Shown here in pieces: positions 63,698 through 64,000 of a stretch of 64,000 nucleotides of DNA (position 1 is the stretch's first letter; the number at the start of each line of letters is the position of its first letter). The notes under the pieces were generated by a model that saw nothing but the letters and a program-made list of their open reading frames with translations, made no database searches and was not told where the DNA came from. A program made the translations under genes and the position numbers. The DNA is from Oikopleura dioica (taxonomy: Eukaryota; Animalia; Chordata). Where the stretch lies: the NCBI GenBank assembly GCA_907165135.1, contig OU015569.1, positions 10,664,001 to 10,728,000 of the forward strand, in the 5' to 3' direction.

Positions 63698-64000
63698 TTT
63701 TAGTATTCACTGTAGTACTGACCCTATTGTACATTTTGTCCTTGCAATAAATACGCCTAAGTGTAAGCTTGAAGATGAAAACTTTATTTAAAAAAAAATG
63801 ATAATTCTTCGAACAGGGCATCGAAATATTCAATTGAAAGGATGATTTTTTCTTCATCTAAACAGAAATAGTTATATCCAGCGACACTCACCTTAGGCGA
63901 TGATATCATTGGGCACGTCAGGAAAATCGGAAATGGACATGGCTATTGAATCGCGCTGCGTTTTCTGCTTTGAGGATCTTTTTCAAACAAGGAATCTGAA

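Noticed and set aside
63860-64000. 3' end of a minus-strand gene
   Set aside because: Truncated by the window edge; too little sequence to call.

Overview
Gene-dense eukaryotic genomic DNA. Introns are mostly 35-100 nt, several introns are GA-AG or GC-AG, intergenic gaps are ~80-320 nt, and ribosomal protein genes use CGA heavily for Arg. From these traits I infer a larvacean tunicate (Oikopleura dioica-like); this was not checked against a database. Layout: two tandem-repeat arrays (1-1170); an intron-containing photolyase that looks like the class I CPD (bacterial/giant-virus) type; a minus-strand run (XPR1, ACSS1-like, RING-H2, SH3 adaptor); a plus-strand operon-like run (RPL7A, RPS17, GTF2H3, XPOT, Roadblock/LAMTOR2-like, UROS, PSMA3, RPL7L1, RPL32, CABIN1); a minus-strand TSP1/Cys-rich/ZP membrane protein; an unknown multipass protein; and a full-length cubilin (8 EGF + 27 CUB). 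Seven non-autonomous DNA transposons with readable TSDs are present. Best leads: (1) a ricin-B lectin domain inserted inside CUB17 of cubilin; (2) a hAT-type MITE inserted into cubilin coding sequence, which must be spliced out as a new intron or else truncates the gene; (3) nested transposons in a GTF2H3 intron carrying a four-way-junction structure; (4) the photolyase as a horizontal-transfer candidate; (5) small secreted or nested genes missed or only partly covered by the ORF track; (6) an acyl-CoA synthetase with an enlarged acyl pocket. All exon models were assembled by eye and need RNA-seq confirmation.
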